NCBI GenBank assembly: GCA_030390025.1
Contig: JASTWF010000325.1
Location: 186,001-250,000, forward strand
Direction of reading: 5' to 3'
From: Squalus acanthias
Lineage: Eukaryota
DNA length: 64,000 bases
The notes beneath the pieces were generated by a model, which worked only from the letters and a program-made list of their open reading frames with translations, did not search any database and was not told the origin of the DNA. Position 1 is the stretch's first letter, and the number at the start of each line of letters is the position of its first letter. Shown here one piece after another: positions 1 to 15,700 of this stretch. A program made the translations under genes and the position numbers.

Positions 1-3000
1 ATATAGATTGTACCTGGACAGTGTATATAGATTGTACCTGGACAGTGTATATAGATTGTACCTGGACAGTGTATATTGATTGTACCTGGACAGTGTATAT
101 AGATTGTACCTGGACAGTGTATATAGATTGTACCTGGACAGTGTATATTGATTGTACCTGGACAGTGTATATTGATTGTACCTGGACAGTGTATATAGAT
201 TGTACCTGGACAGTGTATATAGATTGTACCTGGACAGTGTATATAGATTGTACCTGGACAGTGTATATGATTGTACCTGGACAGTGTATATAGATTGTAC
301 CTGGACAGTGTATATAGATTGTACCTGGACAGTGTATATAGATTGTACCTGGACAGTGTATATTGATTGTACCTGGACAGTGTATATAGATTGTACCTGG
401 ACAGTGTATATAGATTGTACCTGGACAGTGTATATTGATTGTACCTGGACAGTGTATATAGATTGTACCTGGACAGTGTATATAGATTGTACCTGGACAG
501 TGTATATTGATTGTACCTGGACAGTGTATATAGATTGTACCTGGACAGTGTATATTAGATTGTACCTGGACAGTGTATATTGATTGTACCTGGACAGTGT
601 ATATTGATTGTACCTGGACAGTGTATATTGATTGTACCTGGACAGTGTATATTGATTGTACCTGGACAGTGTATATTGATTGTACCTGGACAGTGTATAT
701 AGATTGTACCTGGACAGTGTATATTGATTGTACCTGGACAGTGTATATTGATTGTACCTGGACAGTGTATATTGATTGTACCTGGACAGTGTATATTGAT
801 TGTACCTGGACAGTGTATATTGATTGTACCTGGACAGTGTATATTGATTGTACCTGGACAGTGTATATAGATTGTACCTGGACAGTGTATATTGATTGTA
901 CCTGGACAGTGTATATAGATTGTACCTGGACAGTGTATATAGATTGTACCTGGACAGTGTATATAGATTGTACCTGGACAGTGTATATAGATTGTACCTG
1001 GACAGTGTATATAGATTGTACCTGGACAGTGTATATAGATTGTACCTGGACAGTGTATATAGATTGTACCTGGACAGTGTATATAGATTGTACCTGGACA
1101 GTGTATATAGATTGTACCTGGACAGTGTATATAGATTGTACCTGGACAGTGTATATAGATTGTACCTGGACAGTGTATATAGATTGTACCTGGACAGTGT
1201 ATATTGATTGTACCTGGACAGTGTATATAGATTGTACCTGGACAGTGTATATTGATTGTACCTGGACAGTGTATATTGATTGTACCTGGACAGTGTATAT
1301 AGATTGTACCTGGACAGTGTATATTGATTGTACCTGGACAGTGTATATTGATTGTACCTGGACAGTGTATATAGATTGTACCTGGACAGTGTATATAGAT
1401 TGTACCTGGACAGTGTATATTGATTGTACCTGGACAGTGTATATAGATTGTACCTGGACAGTGTATATAGATTGTACCTGGACAGTGTATATAGATTGTA
1501 CCTGGACAGTGTATATAGATTGTACCTGGACAGTGTATATAGATTGTACCTGGACAGTGTATATAGATTGTACCTGGACAGTGTATATAGATTGTACCTG
1601 GACAGTGTATATTGATTGTACCTGGACAGTGTATATAGATTGTACCTGGACAGTGTATATAGATTGTACCTGGACAGTGTATATTGATTGTACCTGGACA
1701 GTGTATATAGATTGTACCTGGACAGTGTATATAGATTGTACCTGGACAGTGTATATTGATTGTACCTGGACAGTGTATATAGATTGTACCTGGACAGTGT
1801 ATATAGATTGTACCTGGACAGTGTATATAGATTGTACCTGGACAGTGTATATAGATTGTACCTGGACAGTGTATATTGATTGTACCTGGACAGTGTATAT
1901 TGATTGTACCTGGACAGTGTATATTGATTGTACCTGGACAGTGTATATAGATTGTACCTGGACAGTGTATATTGATTGTACCTGGACAGTGTATATAGAT
2001 TGTACCTGGACAGTGTATATAGATTGTACCTGGACAGTGTATATTGATTGTACCTGGACAGTGTATATAGATTGTACCTGGACAGTGTATATAGATTGTA
2101 CCTGGACAGTGTATATAGATTGTACCTGGACAGTGTATATTGATTGTACCTGGACAGTGTATATTGATTGTACCTGGACAGTGTATATTGATTGTACCTG
2201 GACAGTGTATATAGATTGTACCTGGACAGTGTATATGATTGTACCTGGACAGTGTATATAGATTGTACCTGGACAGTGTATATAGATTGTACCTGGACAG
2301 TGTATATAGATTGTACCTGGACAGTGTATATTGATTGTACCTGGACAGTGTATATAGATTGTACCTGGACAGTGTATATAGATTGTACCTGGACAGTGTA
2401 TATAGATTGTACCTGGACAGTGTATATTGATTGTACCTGGACAGTGTATATAGATTGTACCTGGACAGTGTATATTGATTGTACCTGGACAGTGTATATA
2501 GATTGTACCTGGACAGTGTATATTGATTGTACCTGGACAGTGTATATAGATTGTACCTGGACAGTGTATATAGATTGTACCTGGACAGTGTATATTGATT
2601 GTACCTGGACAGTGTATATAGATTGTACCTGGACAGTGTATATAGATTGTACCTGGACAGTGTATATAGATTGTACCTGGACAGTGTATATTGATTGTAC
2701 CTGGACAGTGTATATAGATTGTACCTGGACAGTTATATAGATTGTACCTGGACAGTGTATATTGATTGTACCTGGACAGTGTATATAGATTGTACCTGGA
2801 CAGTGTATATAGATTGTACCTGGACAGTGTATATAGATTGTACCTGGACAGTGTATATAGATTGTACCTGGACAGTGTATATAGATTGTACCTGGACAGT
2901 GTATATTGATTGTACCTGGACAGTGTATATAGATTGTACCTGGACAGTGTATATTGATTGTACCTGGACAGTGTATATAGATTGTACCTGGACAGTGTAT

Positions 3001-6000
3001 ATTGATTGTACCTGGACAGTGTATATAGATTGTACCTGGACAGTGTATATAGATTGTACCTGGACAGTGTATATAGATTGTACCTGGACAGTGTATATAG
3101 ATTGTACCTGGACAGTGTATATAGATTGTACCTGGACAGTGTATATAGATTGTACCTGGACAGTGTATATTGATTGTACCTGGACAGTGTATATTGATTG
3201 TACCTGGACAGTGTATATTGATTGTACCTGGACAGTGTATATAGATTGTACCTGGACAGTGTATATTGATTGTACCTGGACAGTGTATATTGATTGTACC
3301 TGGACAGTGTATATAGATTGTACCTGGACAGTGTATATTGATTGTACCTGGACAGTGTATATTGATTGTACCTGGACAGTGTATATTGATTGTACCTGGA
3401 CAGTGTATATTGATTGTACCTGGACAGTGTATATAGATTGTACCTGGACAGTGTATATTGATTGTACCTGGACAGTGTATATAGATTGTACCTGGACAGT
3501 GTATATTGATTGTACCTGGACAGTGTATATGATTGTACCTGGACAGTGTATATTAATTGTACCTGGACAGTGTATATTGATTGTACCTGGACAGTGTATA
3601 TAGATTGTACCTGGACAGTGTATATTGATTGTACCTGGACAGTGTATATTGATTGTACCTGGACAGTGTATATGATTGTACCTGGACAGTGTATATAGAT
3701 TGTACCTGGACAGTGTATATAGATTGTACCTGGACAGTGTATATAGATTGTACCTGGACAGTGTATATAGATTGTACCTGGACAGTGTATATAGATTGTA
3801 CCTGGACAGTGTATATAGATTGTACCTGGACAGTGTATATTGATTGTACCTGGACAGTGTATATAGATTGTACCTGGACAGTGTATATATAGATTGTACC
3901 TGGACAGTGTATATAGATTGTACCTGGACAGTGTATATAGATTGTACCTGGACAGTGTATATAGATTGTACCTGGACAGTGTATATAGATTGTACCTGGA
4001 CAGTGTATATAGATTGTACCTGGACAGTGTATATAGATTGTACCTGGACAGTGTATATAGATTGTACCTGGACAGTGTATATAGATTGTACCTGGACAGT
4101 GTATATAGATTGTACCTGGACAGTGTATATTGATTGTACCTGGACAGTGTATATAGATTGTACCTGGACAGTGTATATTGATTGTACCTGGACAGTGTAT
4201 ATAGATTGTACCTGGACAGTGTATATTGATTGTACCTGGACAGTGTATATTGATTGTACCTGGACAGTGTATATAGATTGTACCTGGACAGTGTATATAG
4301 ATTGTACCTGGACAGTGTATATAGATTGTACCTGGACAGTGTATATAGATTGTACCTGGACAGTGTATATAGATTGTACCTGGACAGTGTATATAGATTG
4401 TACCTGGACAGTGTATATTAGATTGTACCTGGACAGTGTATATAGATTGTACCTGGACAGTGTATATTGATTGTACCTGGACAGTGTATATAGATTGTAC
4501 CTGGACAGTGTATATTGATTGTACCTGGACAGTGTATATAGATTGTACCTGGACAGTGTATATTGATTGTACCTGGACAGTGTATATTGATTGTACCTGG
4601 ACAGTGTATATGATTGTACCTGGACAGTGTATATTGATTGTACCTGGACAGTGTATATTGATTGTACCTGGACAGTGTATATAGATTGTACCTGGACATC
4701 TTATATTGATTGTAACTGGACAGTGCATATAAATTTTACCTGGACAGTGTATATTGATTGTGCCTGGACAGTGTATATTGATTGTACCTGGACAGTGTAT
4801 ATTGATTGTACCTGGACAGTGTATATTGATTGTACCTGGACAGTGTATATTGATTGTACCTGGACAGTGTATATAGATTGTACCTGGACAGTGTATATTG
4901 ATTGTACCTGGACAGTGTATATTGATTGTACCTGGACAGTATATATTGATTATACCTGGACAGTGTATATAGATTGTAACTGGATAGTGTATATTGATTG
5001 TACCTGGACAGTGTATATTGATTGTACCTGGACAGTGTATATAGATTGTACCTGGACAGTGTATATTGATTGTACCTGGACAGTGTATATTGATTGTACC
5101 TGGACAGTGTATATTGATTGTACCTGGACAGTGTATATTGATTGTACCTGGACAGTGTATATTGATTGTACCTGGACAGTGTATATGATTGTACCTGGAC
5201 AGTGTATATTGATTGTACCTGGACAGTGTATATTGATTGTACCTGGACAGTGTATATAGATTGTACCTGGACAGTGTATATAGATTGTACCTGGACAGTG
5301 TATATGATTGTACCTGGACAGTGTATATAGATTGTACCTGGACAGTGTTATAGATTGTACCTGGACAGTGTATATAGATTGTACCTGGACAGTGTGTATA
5401 TGATTGTACCTGGACAGTGTATATAGATTGTACCTGGACAGTGTATATAGATTGTACCTGGACAGTGTATATTGATTGTACCTGGACAGTGTATATAGAT
5501 TGTACCTGGACAGTATATTGATTGTACCTGGACAGTGTATATAGATTGTACCTGGACAGTGTATATTGATTGTACCTGGACAGTGTATATTGATTGTACC
5601 TGGACAGTGTATATAGATTGTACCTGGACAGTGTATATAGATTGTACCTGGACAGTGTATATAGATTGTACCTGGACAGTGTATATAGATTGTACCTGGA
5701 CAGTGTATATAGATTGTACCTGGACAGTGTATATAGATTGTACCTGGACTGTGTATATAGATTGTACCTGGACAGTGTATATTAATTGTACCCAACAGTG
5801 GATATAGATTGTACCTGGAGAGTGTATATAGATTGTACCTGGACAGTGTATATAGATTGTACTGGACAGTGTATATTGATTGTACCTGGACAGTGTATAT
5901 TGATTGTACCTGGACAGTGTATATAGATTGTACCTGGACAGTGTATATAGATTGTACCTGGACAGTGTATATTGATTGTACCTGGACAGTGTATATTGAT

Positions 6001-9000
6001 TGTACCTGGACAGTGTATATAGATTGTACCTGGACAGTGTTATATAGATTGTACCTGGACAGTGTATATTGATTGTACCTGGACAGTGTATATAGATTGT
6101 ACCTGGACAGTGTATATAGATTGTACCTGGACAGTGTATATTGATTGTACCTGGACAGTGTATATTGATTGTACCTGGACAGTGTATATAGATTGTACCT
6201 GGACAGTGTATATTGATTGTACCTGGACAGTGTATATAGATTGTACCTGGACAGTGTATATAGATTGTACCTGGACAGTGTATATTGATTGTACTGGACA
6301 GTGTATATAGATTGTACCTGGACAGTGTATATAGATTGTACCTGGACAGTGTATATTGATTGTACCTGGACAGTGTATAAGATTGTACCTGGACAGTGTA
6401 TATTGATTGTACCTGGACAGTGTATATTGATTGTACCTGGACAGTGTATATAGATTGTACCTGGACAGTGTATATGATTGTACCTGGACAGTGTATATAG
6501 ATTGTACCTGGACAGTGTATATAGATTGTACCTGGACAGTGTATATTGATTGTACCTGGACAGTGTATATAGATTGTACCTGGACAGTGTATATAGATTG
6601 TACCTGGACAGTGTATATAGATTGTACCTGGACAGTGTATATAGATTGTACCTGGACAGTGTATATAGATTGTACCTGGACAGTGTATATTAGATTGTAC
6701 CTGGACAGTGTATATAGATTGTACCTGAACAGTGTATATTGATTGTACCTGGACAGTGTATATGATTGTACCTGGACAGTGTATATTGATTGTACCTGGA
6801 CAGTGTATATAGATTGTACCTGGACAGTGTATATAGATTGTACCTGGACAGTGTATATTGATTGTACCTGGACAGTTATATTGATTGTACCTGGACAGTG
6901 TATATTGATTGTACCTGGACAGTGTATATAGATTGTACCTGGACAGTGTATATTGATTGTACCTGGACAGTGTATATAGATTGTACCTGGACAGTGTATA
7001 TGATTGTACCTGGACAGTGTATATAGATTGTACCTGGACAGTGTATATAGATTGTACCTGGACAGTGTATATTGATTGTACCTGGACAGTGTATATAGAT
7101 TGTACCTGGACAGTGTATATAGATTGTACCTGGACAGTGTATATTGATTGTACCTGGACAGTGTATATTGATTGTACCTGGACAGTGTATATTGATTGTA
7201 CCTGGACAGTGTATATTGATTGTACCTGGACAGTGTATATAGATTGTACCTGGACAGTGTATATAGATTGTACCTGGACAGTGTATATAGATTGTACCTG
7301 GACAGTGTATATAGATTGTACCTGGACAGTGTATATAGATTGTACCTGGACAGTGTATATAGATTGTACCTGGACAGTGTATATAGATTGTACCTGGACA
7401 GTGTATATAGATTGTACCTGGACAGTGTATATAGATTGTACCTGGACAGTGTATATTGATTGTACCTGGACAGTGTATATAGATTGTACCTGGACAGTGT
7501 ATATAGATTGTACCTGGACAGTGTATATTGATTGTACCTGGACAGTGTATATAGATTGTACCTGGACAGTGTATATAGATTGTACCTGGACAGTGTATAT
7601 AGATTGTACCTGGACTGTATATAGATTGTACCTGGACAGTGTATATAGATTGTACCTGGACAGTGTATATTGATTGTACCTGGACAGTGTATATTGATTG
7701 TACCTGGACAGTGTATATTGATTGTACCTGGACAGTGTATATAGATTGTACCTGGACAGTGTATATTGATTGTACCTGGACAGTGTATATTGATTGTACC
7801 TGGACAGTGTATATAGATTGTACCTGGACAGTTTATTAGATTGTACCTGGACAGTGTATATAGATTGTACCTGGACAGTGTATATTAGATTGTACCTGGA
7901 CAGTGTATATAGATTGTACCTGGACAGTGTATATAGATTGTACCTGGACAGTGTATATAGATTGTACCTGGACAGTGTATATAGATTGTACCTGGACAGT
8001 GTATATAGATTGTACCTGGACAGTGTATATAGATTGTACCGACAGTGTATATTGATTGTACCTGGACAGTGTATATGATTGTACCTGGACAGTGTATATT
8101 GATTGTACCTGGACAGTGTATATAGATTGTACCTGGACAGTGTATATAGATTTTACCTGGACAGTGTATATTGATTGTACTGACAGAGTTATATAGATTG
8201 TACCTGGACAGTGTATATAGATTGTACCTGGACAGTGTATATTGATTGTACCTGGACAGTGTATATAGATTGTACCTGGACAGTGTATATTGATTGTACC
8301 TGGACAGTGTATATAGATTGTACCTGGACAGTGTATATTGATTGTACTGGACAGTGTATATAGATTGTACCTGGACAGTGTATATAGATTGTACCTGGAC
8401 AGTGTATATTGATTGTACCTGGACAGTGTATATTGATTGTACCTGGACAGTGTATATAGATTGTACCTGGACAGTGTATATAGATTGTACCTGGACAGTG
8501 TATATTGATTGTACCTGGACAGTGTTTTGATTGTACCTGGACAGTGTATATGATTGTACCTGGACAGTGTATATAGATTGTACCTGGACAGTGTATATTG
8601 ATTGTACCTGGACAGTGTATATTGATTGTACCTGGACAGTGTATATAGATTGTACTGGACAGTGTATATAGATTGTACCTGGACAGTGTATATTGATTGT
8701 ACCTGGACAGTGTATATAGATTGTACCTGGACAGTGTATATAGATTGTACCTGGAGTGTATATGATTGTACCTGGACAGTGTATATAGATTGTACCTGGA
8801 CAGTGTATATTGATTGTACCTGGACAGTGTATATAGATTGTACCTGGACAGTGTATATTGATTGTACCTGGACAGTGTATATAGATTGTACCTGGACAGT
8901 GTATATTGATTGTACCTGGACAGTGTATATAGATTGTACCTGGACAGTGTATATTGATTGTACCTGGACAGTGTATATAGATTGTACCTGGACAGTGTAT

Positions 9001-12000
9001 ATAGATTGTACCTGGACAGTGTATATTGATTGTACCTGGACAGTGTATATTGATTGTACCTGGACAGTGTATATAGATTGTACCTGGACAGTGTATATAG
9101 ATTGTACCTGGACAGTGTATATTGATTGTACCTGGACAGTGTATATTGATTGTACCTGGACAGTGTATATAGATTGTACCTGGACAGTGTATATAGATTG
9201 TACCTGGACAGTGTATATGATTGTACCTGGACAGTGTATATTGATTGTACCTGGACAGTGTATATGTACCTACCCTGTGTATGTAATATTGACTGTACCT
9301 GGACACTATATATAGATTGTACCTGGACAGTGTATATAGATTGTACCTGGACAGTGTATATTGATTGTACCTGGACAGTGTATATAGATTGTACCTGGAC
9401 AGTGTATATAGATTGTACCTGGACAGTGTATATAGATTGTACCTGGACAGTGTATATAGATTGTACCTGGACAGTGTATATAGATTGTACCTGGACTTGT
9501 ATATAGATTGTACCTGGACAGTGTATTTTGATTGTACCTGGACAGTGTATATAGATTGTACCTGGACAGTGTATATTGATACCTGGACAGTGTATATAGA
9601 TTGTACCTGGACAGTGTATATTGATTGTCCCCATACCTTGCAATAGTATATACAGTGTGTGACAGTGTGATATGTATTGTACCTGGACAGTGTATATAGA
9701 TTGTACCTGACAGTGTTATATTGATTGTACCTGGACAGTGTATATAGATTGTACCTGAACAGTGTATATGTGTACCTACAGTGTATATTGATTGTACCTG
9801 GACAGTGTATATAGATTGTACCTGGACAGTGTATATAGATTGTACCTGGACAGTGTATATTGATTGTACCTGGACAGTGTATATTGATTGTACCTGGACA
9901 GTGTATATTGATTGTACCTGACAGTGTATATTGATTGTACCTGGGATAATTATTTAATGGTGTATATAGATTGTACCTGGACAGTGTATATGATTGTACC
10001 TGGACAGTGTATATTGATTGACCGAGTTTTTATAGATTGTACTGGACAGTGTATATTGATTGTACCTGGACAGTGTATATGATTGTACCTGGACAGTGTA
10101 TATAGATTGTACCTGGACAGTGTATATAGATTGTACTGGACAGTGTATATAGATTGTACCTGGACAGTGTATATTGATTGTAACTGGACAGTGTATATTG
10201 ATTGTACCTGGACAGTGTATATAGATTGTACCTGGACAGTGTATATTGATTGTACCTGGACAGTGTATATAGATTGTACCTGGACAGTGTATATAGATTG
10301 TACCTGGACAGTGTATATAGATTGTACCTGGACAGTGTATATTGATTGTACCTGGACAGTGTATATAGATTGTACCTGGACAGTGTATATAGATTGTACC
10401 TGGACAGTGTATATAGATTGTACCTGGACAGTGTATATAGATTGTACCTGGACAGTGTATATAGATTGTACCTGGACAGTGTATATAGATTGTACCTGGA
10501 CAGTGTATATAGATTGTACCTGGACAGTGTGTATATAGATTGTACCTGGACAGTGTATATATGATTGTACCTGGACAGTGTATATAGATTGTACCTGGAC
10601 AGTGTATATAGATTGTACCTGGACAGTGTATATTGATTGTACCTGGACAGTGTATATAGATTGTACCTGGACAGTGTATATTGATTGTACCTGGACAGTG
10701 TATATAGATTGTACCTGGAGAGTGTATATTGATTGTACCTTGACAGTGTATATTGATTGTACCTGGACAGTGTATATAGATTGTACCTGGACAGTGTATA
10801 TAGATTGTACCTGGACAGTGTATATAGATTGTACCTGGACAGTGTATATAGATTGTACCTGGACAGTGTATATAGATTGTACCTGGACAGTGTATATAGA
10901 TTGTACCTGGACAGTGTATATAGATTGTACCTGGACAGTGTATATTAATTGTACCTGGACAGTGTATATAGATTGTACTGGACAGTGTATATGATTGTAC
11001 CTGGACAGTGTATATAGATTGTACCTGGACAGTGTATATTGATTGTACCTGGACAGTGTATTAGATTGTACCTGGACAGTGTATATTGATTGTACCTTGA
11101 CAGTGTATATTGATTGTACCTGGGCAGTGTATATAAATTGTACCTGGACAGTGTATATTGATTGTACCTGGACAGTGTATATTGATTGTACCTGGACAGT
11201 GTATATTGATTGTACCTGGACAGTGTATATTGATTGTACCTGGACAGTGTATATAGATTGTACCTGGACAGTGTATATAGATTGTACCTGGACAGTGTAT
11301 ATTGATTGTACCTGGACAGTGTATATAGATTGTACCTGGACAGTGTATATTGATTGTACCTGGACAGTGTATATTGATTGTACCTGGACAGTGTATATGA
11401 TTGTACCTGGACAGTGTATATAGATTGTACCTGGACAGTGTATATTGATTGTACCTGGACAGTGTATATTGATTGTACCTGGACAGTGTATATAGATTGT
11501 ACCTGGACAGTGTATATTGATTGTACCTGGACAGTGTATATAGATTGTACCTGGACAGTGTATATAGATTGTACCTGGACAGTGTATATAGATTGTACCT
11601 GGACAGTGTATATTGATTGTACCTGGACAGTGTATATAGATTGTACCTGGACAGTGTATATTGATTGTACCTGGACAGTGTATATGATTGTACCTGGACA
11701 GTGTATATTGATTGTACCTGGACAGTGTATATAGATTGTACCTGGACAGTGTATATAGATTGTACCTGGACAGTGTATATAGATTGTACCTGGACAGTGT
11801 ATATAGATTGTACCTGGACAGTGTATATAGATTGTACTGGACAGTGTATATTGATTGTACCTGGACAGTGTATATTGATTGTACCTGGACAGTGTATATT
11901 GATTGTACCTGGACAGTGTATATTGATTGTACCTGGACAGTGTATATTGATTGTACCTGGACAGTGTATATAGATTGTACCTGGACAGTGTATATAGATT

Positions 12001-12570
12001 GTACCTGGACAGTGTATATAGATTGTACCTGGACAGTGTATATTGATTGTACCTGGACAGTGTATATAGATTGTACCTGGACAGTGTATATTGATTGTAC
12101 CTGGACAGTGTATATAGATTGTACCTGGACAGTGTATATAGATTGTACCTGGACAGTGTATATAGATTGTACCTGGACAGTGTATATTGATTGTACTGGA
12201 CAGTGTATATAGATTGTACCTGGACAGTGTATATAGATTGTACCTGGACAGTGTATATAGATTGTACCTGGACAGTATATATTGATTATACCTGGACAGT
12301 GTATATAGATTGTACCTGGACAGTGTATATAGATTGTACCTGGACAGTGTATATAGATTGTACCTGGACAGTGTATATTGATTGTACCTGGACAGTGTAT
12401 ATAGATTGTACCTGGACAGTGTATATTGATTGTACCTGGACAGTGTATATAGATTGTACCTGGACAGTGTATATTGATTGTACCTGGACAGTGTATATAG
12501 ATTGTACCTGGACAGTGTATATAGATTGTACCTGGACAGTGTATATTGATTGTACCTGGACAGTGTATAT
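1..12570. repeat. 24-bp tandem satellite array (GATTGTACCTGGACAGTGTATATW)n, left of the gap, about 520 copies
   Basis: The monomer repeats continuously from base 1 to the gap in one orientation. Single-base indels are frequent, especially from about 5 kb to 12.2 kb. The array is open at the left window edge. Confidence 0.99.
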
Positions 12571-12770
12571 NNNNNNNNNNNNNNNNNNNNNNNNNNNNNN
12601 NNNNNNNNNNNNNNNNNNNNNNNNNNNNNNNNNNNNNNNNNNNNNNNNNNNNNNNNNNNNNNNNNNNNNNNNNNNNNNNNNNNNNNNNNNNNNNNNNNNN
12701 NNNNNNNNNNNNNNNNNNNNNNNNNNNNNNNNNNNNNNNNNNNNNNNNNNNNNNNNNNNNNNNNNNNNNN
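12571..12770. other. Assembly/scaffolding gap of 200 N
   Basis: Exactly 200 consecutive n. The same repeat lies on both sides in the same orientation. The round length suggests a placeholder for a gap of unknown size. Confidence 0.99.
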
Positions 12771-15700
12771 TGTACCTGGACAGTGTATATAGATTGTACC
12801 TGGACAGTGTATATTGATTGTACCTGGACAGTGTATATTGATTGTACCTGGACAGTGTATATAGATTGTACCTGGACAGTGTATATGATTGTACCTGGAC
12901 AGTGTATATTGATTGTACCTGGACAGTGTATATAGATTGTACCTGGACAGTGTATATAGATTGTACCTGGACAGTGTATATAGATTGTACCTGGACAGTG
13001 TATATAGATTGTACCTGGACAGTGTATATAGATTGTACCTGGACAGTGTATATTGATTGTACCTGGACAGTGTATATTGATTGTACCTGGACAGTGTATA
13101 TAGATTGTACCTGGACAGTGTATATAGATTGTACCTGGACAGTGTATATTGATTGTACCTGGACAGTGTATATAGATTGTACCTGGACAGTGTATATAGA
13201 TTGTACCTGGACAGTGTATATTGATTGTACCTGGACAGTGTATATTGATTGTACCTGGACAGTGTATATAGATTGTACCTGGACAGTGTATATAGATTGT
13301 ACCTGGACAGTGTATATAGATTGTACCTGGACAGTGTATATAGATTGTACCTGGACAGTGTATATAGATTGTACCTGGACAGTGTATATTGATTGTACCT
13401 GGACAGTGTATATAGATTGTACCTGGACAGTGTATTTAGATTGTACCTGGACAGTGTATATAGATTGTACCTGGACAGTGTATATAGATTGTACCTGGAC
13501 AGTGTATATTGATTGTACCTGGACAGTGTATATTGATTGTACCTGGACAGTGTATATTGATTGTACCTGGACAGTGTATATAGATTGTACCTGGACAGTG
13601 TATTTTGATTGTACCTGGACAGTGTATATTGATTGTACCTGGACAGTGTATATTGATTGTACCTGGACAGTGTATATAGATTGTACCTGGACAGTGTATA
13701 TTGATTGTACCTGGACAGTGTATATTGATTGTACCTGGACAGTGTATATAGATTGTACCTGGACAGTGTATATTGATTGTACCTGGACAGTGTATATAGA
13801 TTGTACCTGGACAGTGTATATAGATTGTACCTGGACAGTGTATATAGATTGTACCTGGACAGTGTATATTGATTGTACCTGGACAGTGTATATAGATTGT
13901 ACCTGGACAGTGTATATAGATTGTACCTGGACAGTGTATATTGATTGTACCTGGACAGTGTATATAGATTGTACCTGGACAGTGTATATAGATTGTACCT
14001 GGACAGTGTATATTGATTGTACCTGGACAGTGTATATAGATTGTACCTGGACAGTGTATATAGATTGTACCTGGACAGTGTATATTGATTGTACCTGGAC
14101 AGTGTATATAGATTGTACCTGGACAGTGTATATAATTGTACCTGGACAGTGTATATTGATTGTACCTGGACAGTGTATATTGATTGTACCTGGACAGTGT
14201 ATATTGATTGTACCTGGACAGTGTATATTGATTGTACCTGGACAGTGTATATAGATTGTACCTGGACAGTGTATATAGATTGTACCTGGACAGTGTATAT
14301 AGATTGTACCTGGACAGTGTATATAGATTGTACCTGGACAGTGTATATAGATTGTACCTGGACAGTGTATATTGATTGTACCTGGACAGTGTATATAGAT
14401 TGTACCTGGACAGTGTATATAGATTGTACCTGGACAGTGTATATAGATTGTACCTGGACAGTGTATATAGATTGTACCTGGACAGTGTATATTGATTGTA
14501 CCTGGACAGTGTATATAGATTGTACCTGGACAGTGTATATAGATTGTACCTGGACAGTGTATATTGATTGTACCTGGACAGTGTATATTGATTGTACCTG
14601 GACAGTGTATATAGATTGTACCTGGACAGTGTATATTGATTGTACCTGGACAGTGTATATAGATTGTACCTGGACAGTGTATATAGATTGTACCTGGACA
14701 GTGTATATTGATTGTACCTGGACAGTGTATATTGATTGTACCTGGACAGTGTATATAGATTGTACCTGGACAGTGTATATAGATTGTACCTGGACAGTGT
14801 ATATTGATTGTACCTGGACAGTGTATATAGATTGTACCTGGACAGTGTATATTGATTGTACCTGGACAGTGTATATAGATTGTACCTGGACAGTGTATAT
14901 TGATTGTACCTGGACAGTGTATATAGATTGTACCTGGACAGTGTATATTGATTGTACCTGGACAGTGTATATAGATTGTACCTGGACAGTGTATATAGAT
15001 TGTACCTGGACAGTGTATATTGATTGTACCTGGACAGTGTATATTGATTGTACCTGGACAGTGTATATAGATTATACCTGGACAGTGTATATTAATTGTA
15101 CCTGGACAGTGTATATTGATTGTACCTGGACAGTGTATATAGATTGTAACTGGACAGTGTATATTGATTGTACCTGGACAGTGTATATTGATTGTACCTG
15201 GACAGTGTATATTGATTGTACCTGGACAGTGTATATTGATTGTACCTGGACAGTGTATATTGATTGTACCTGGACAGTGTATATTGATTGTACCTGGACA
15301 GTGTATATAGATTGTACCTGGACAGTGTATATAGATTGTACCTGGACAGTGTATATAGATTGTACCTGGACAGTGTATATTGATTGTACCTGGACAGTGT
15401 ATATAGATTGTACCTGGACAGTGTATATTGATTGTACCTGGACAGTGTATATAGATTGTACCTGGACAGTGTATATAGATTGTACCTGGACAGTGTATAT
15501 AGATTGTACCTGGACAGTGTATATTGATTGTACCTGGACAGTGTATATAGATTGTACCTGGACAGTGTATATATTGTACCTGGACAGTGTATATAGATTG
15601 TACCTGGACAGTGTATATTGATTGTACCTGGACAGTGTATATAGATTGTACCTGGACAGTGTATATATAGATTGTACCTGGACAGTGTATATTGATTGTA

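Noticed and set aside
17..25. GACAGTG / CACTGTC resembling the RAG recombination signal heptamer CACAGTG
   Set aside because: It is an imperfect heptamer with no ACAAAAACC-like nonamer at 12- or 23-bp spacing on either strand.
24..29. TATATA as a promoter TATA box
   Set aside because: It occurs in every A-variant monomer with no downstream gene or other promoter context.
12571..12770. Gap as an inversion point or hidden insertion
   Set aside because: Orientation and monomer are the same on both sides. The gap content cannot be seen, so nothing can be claimed.
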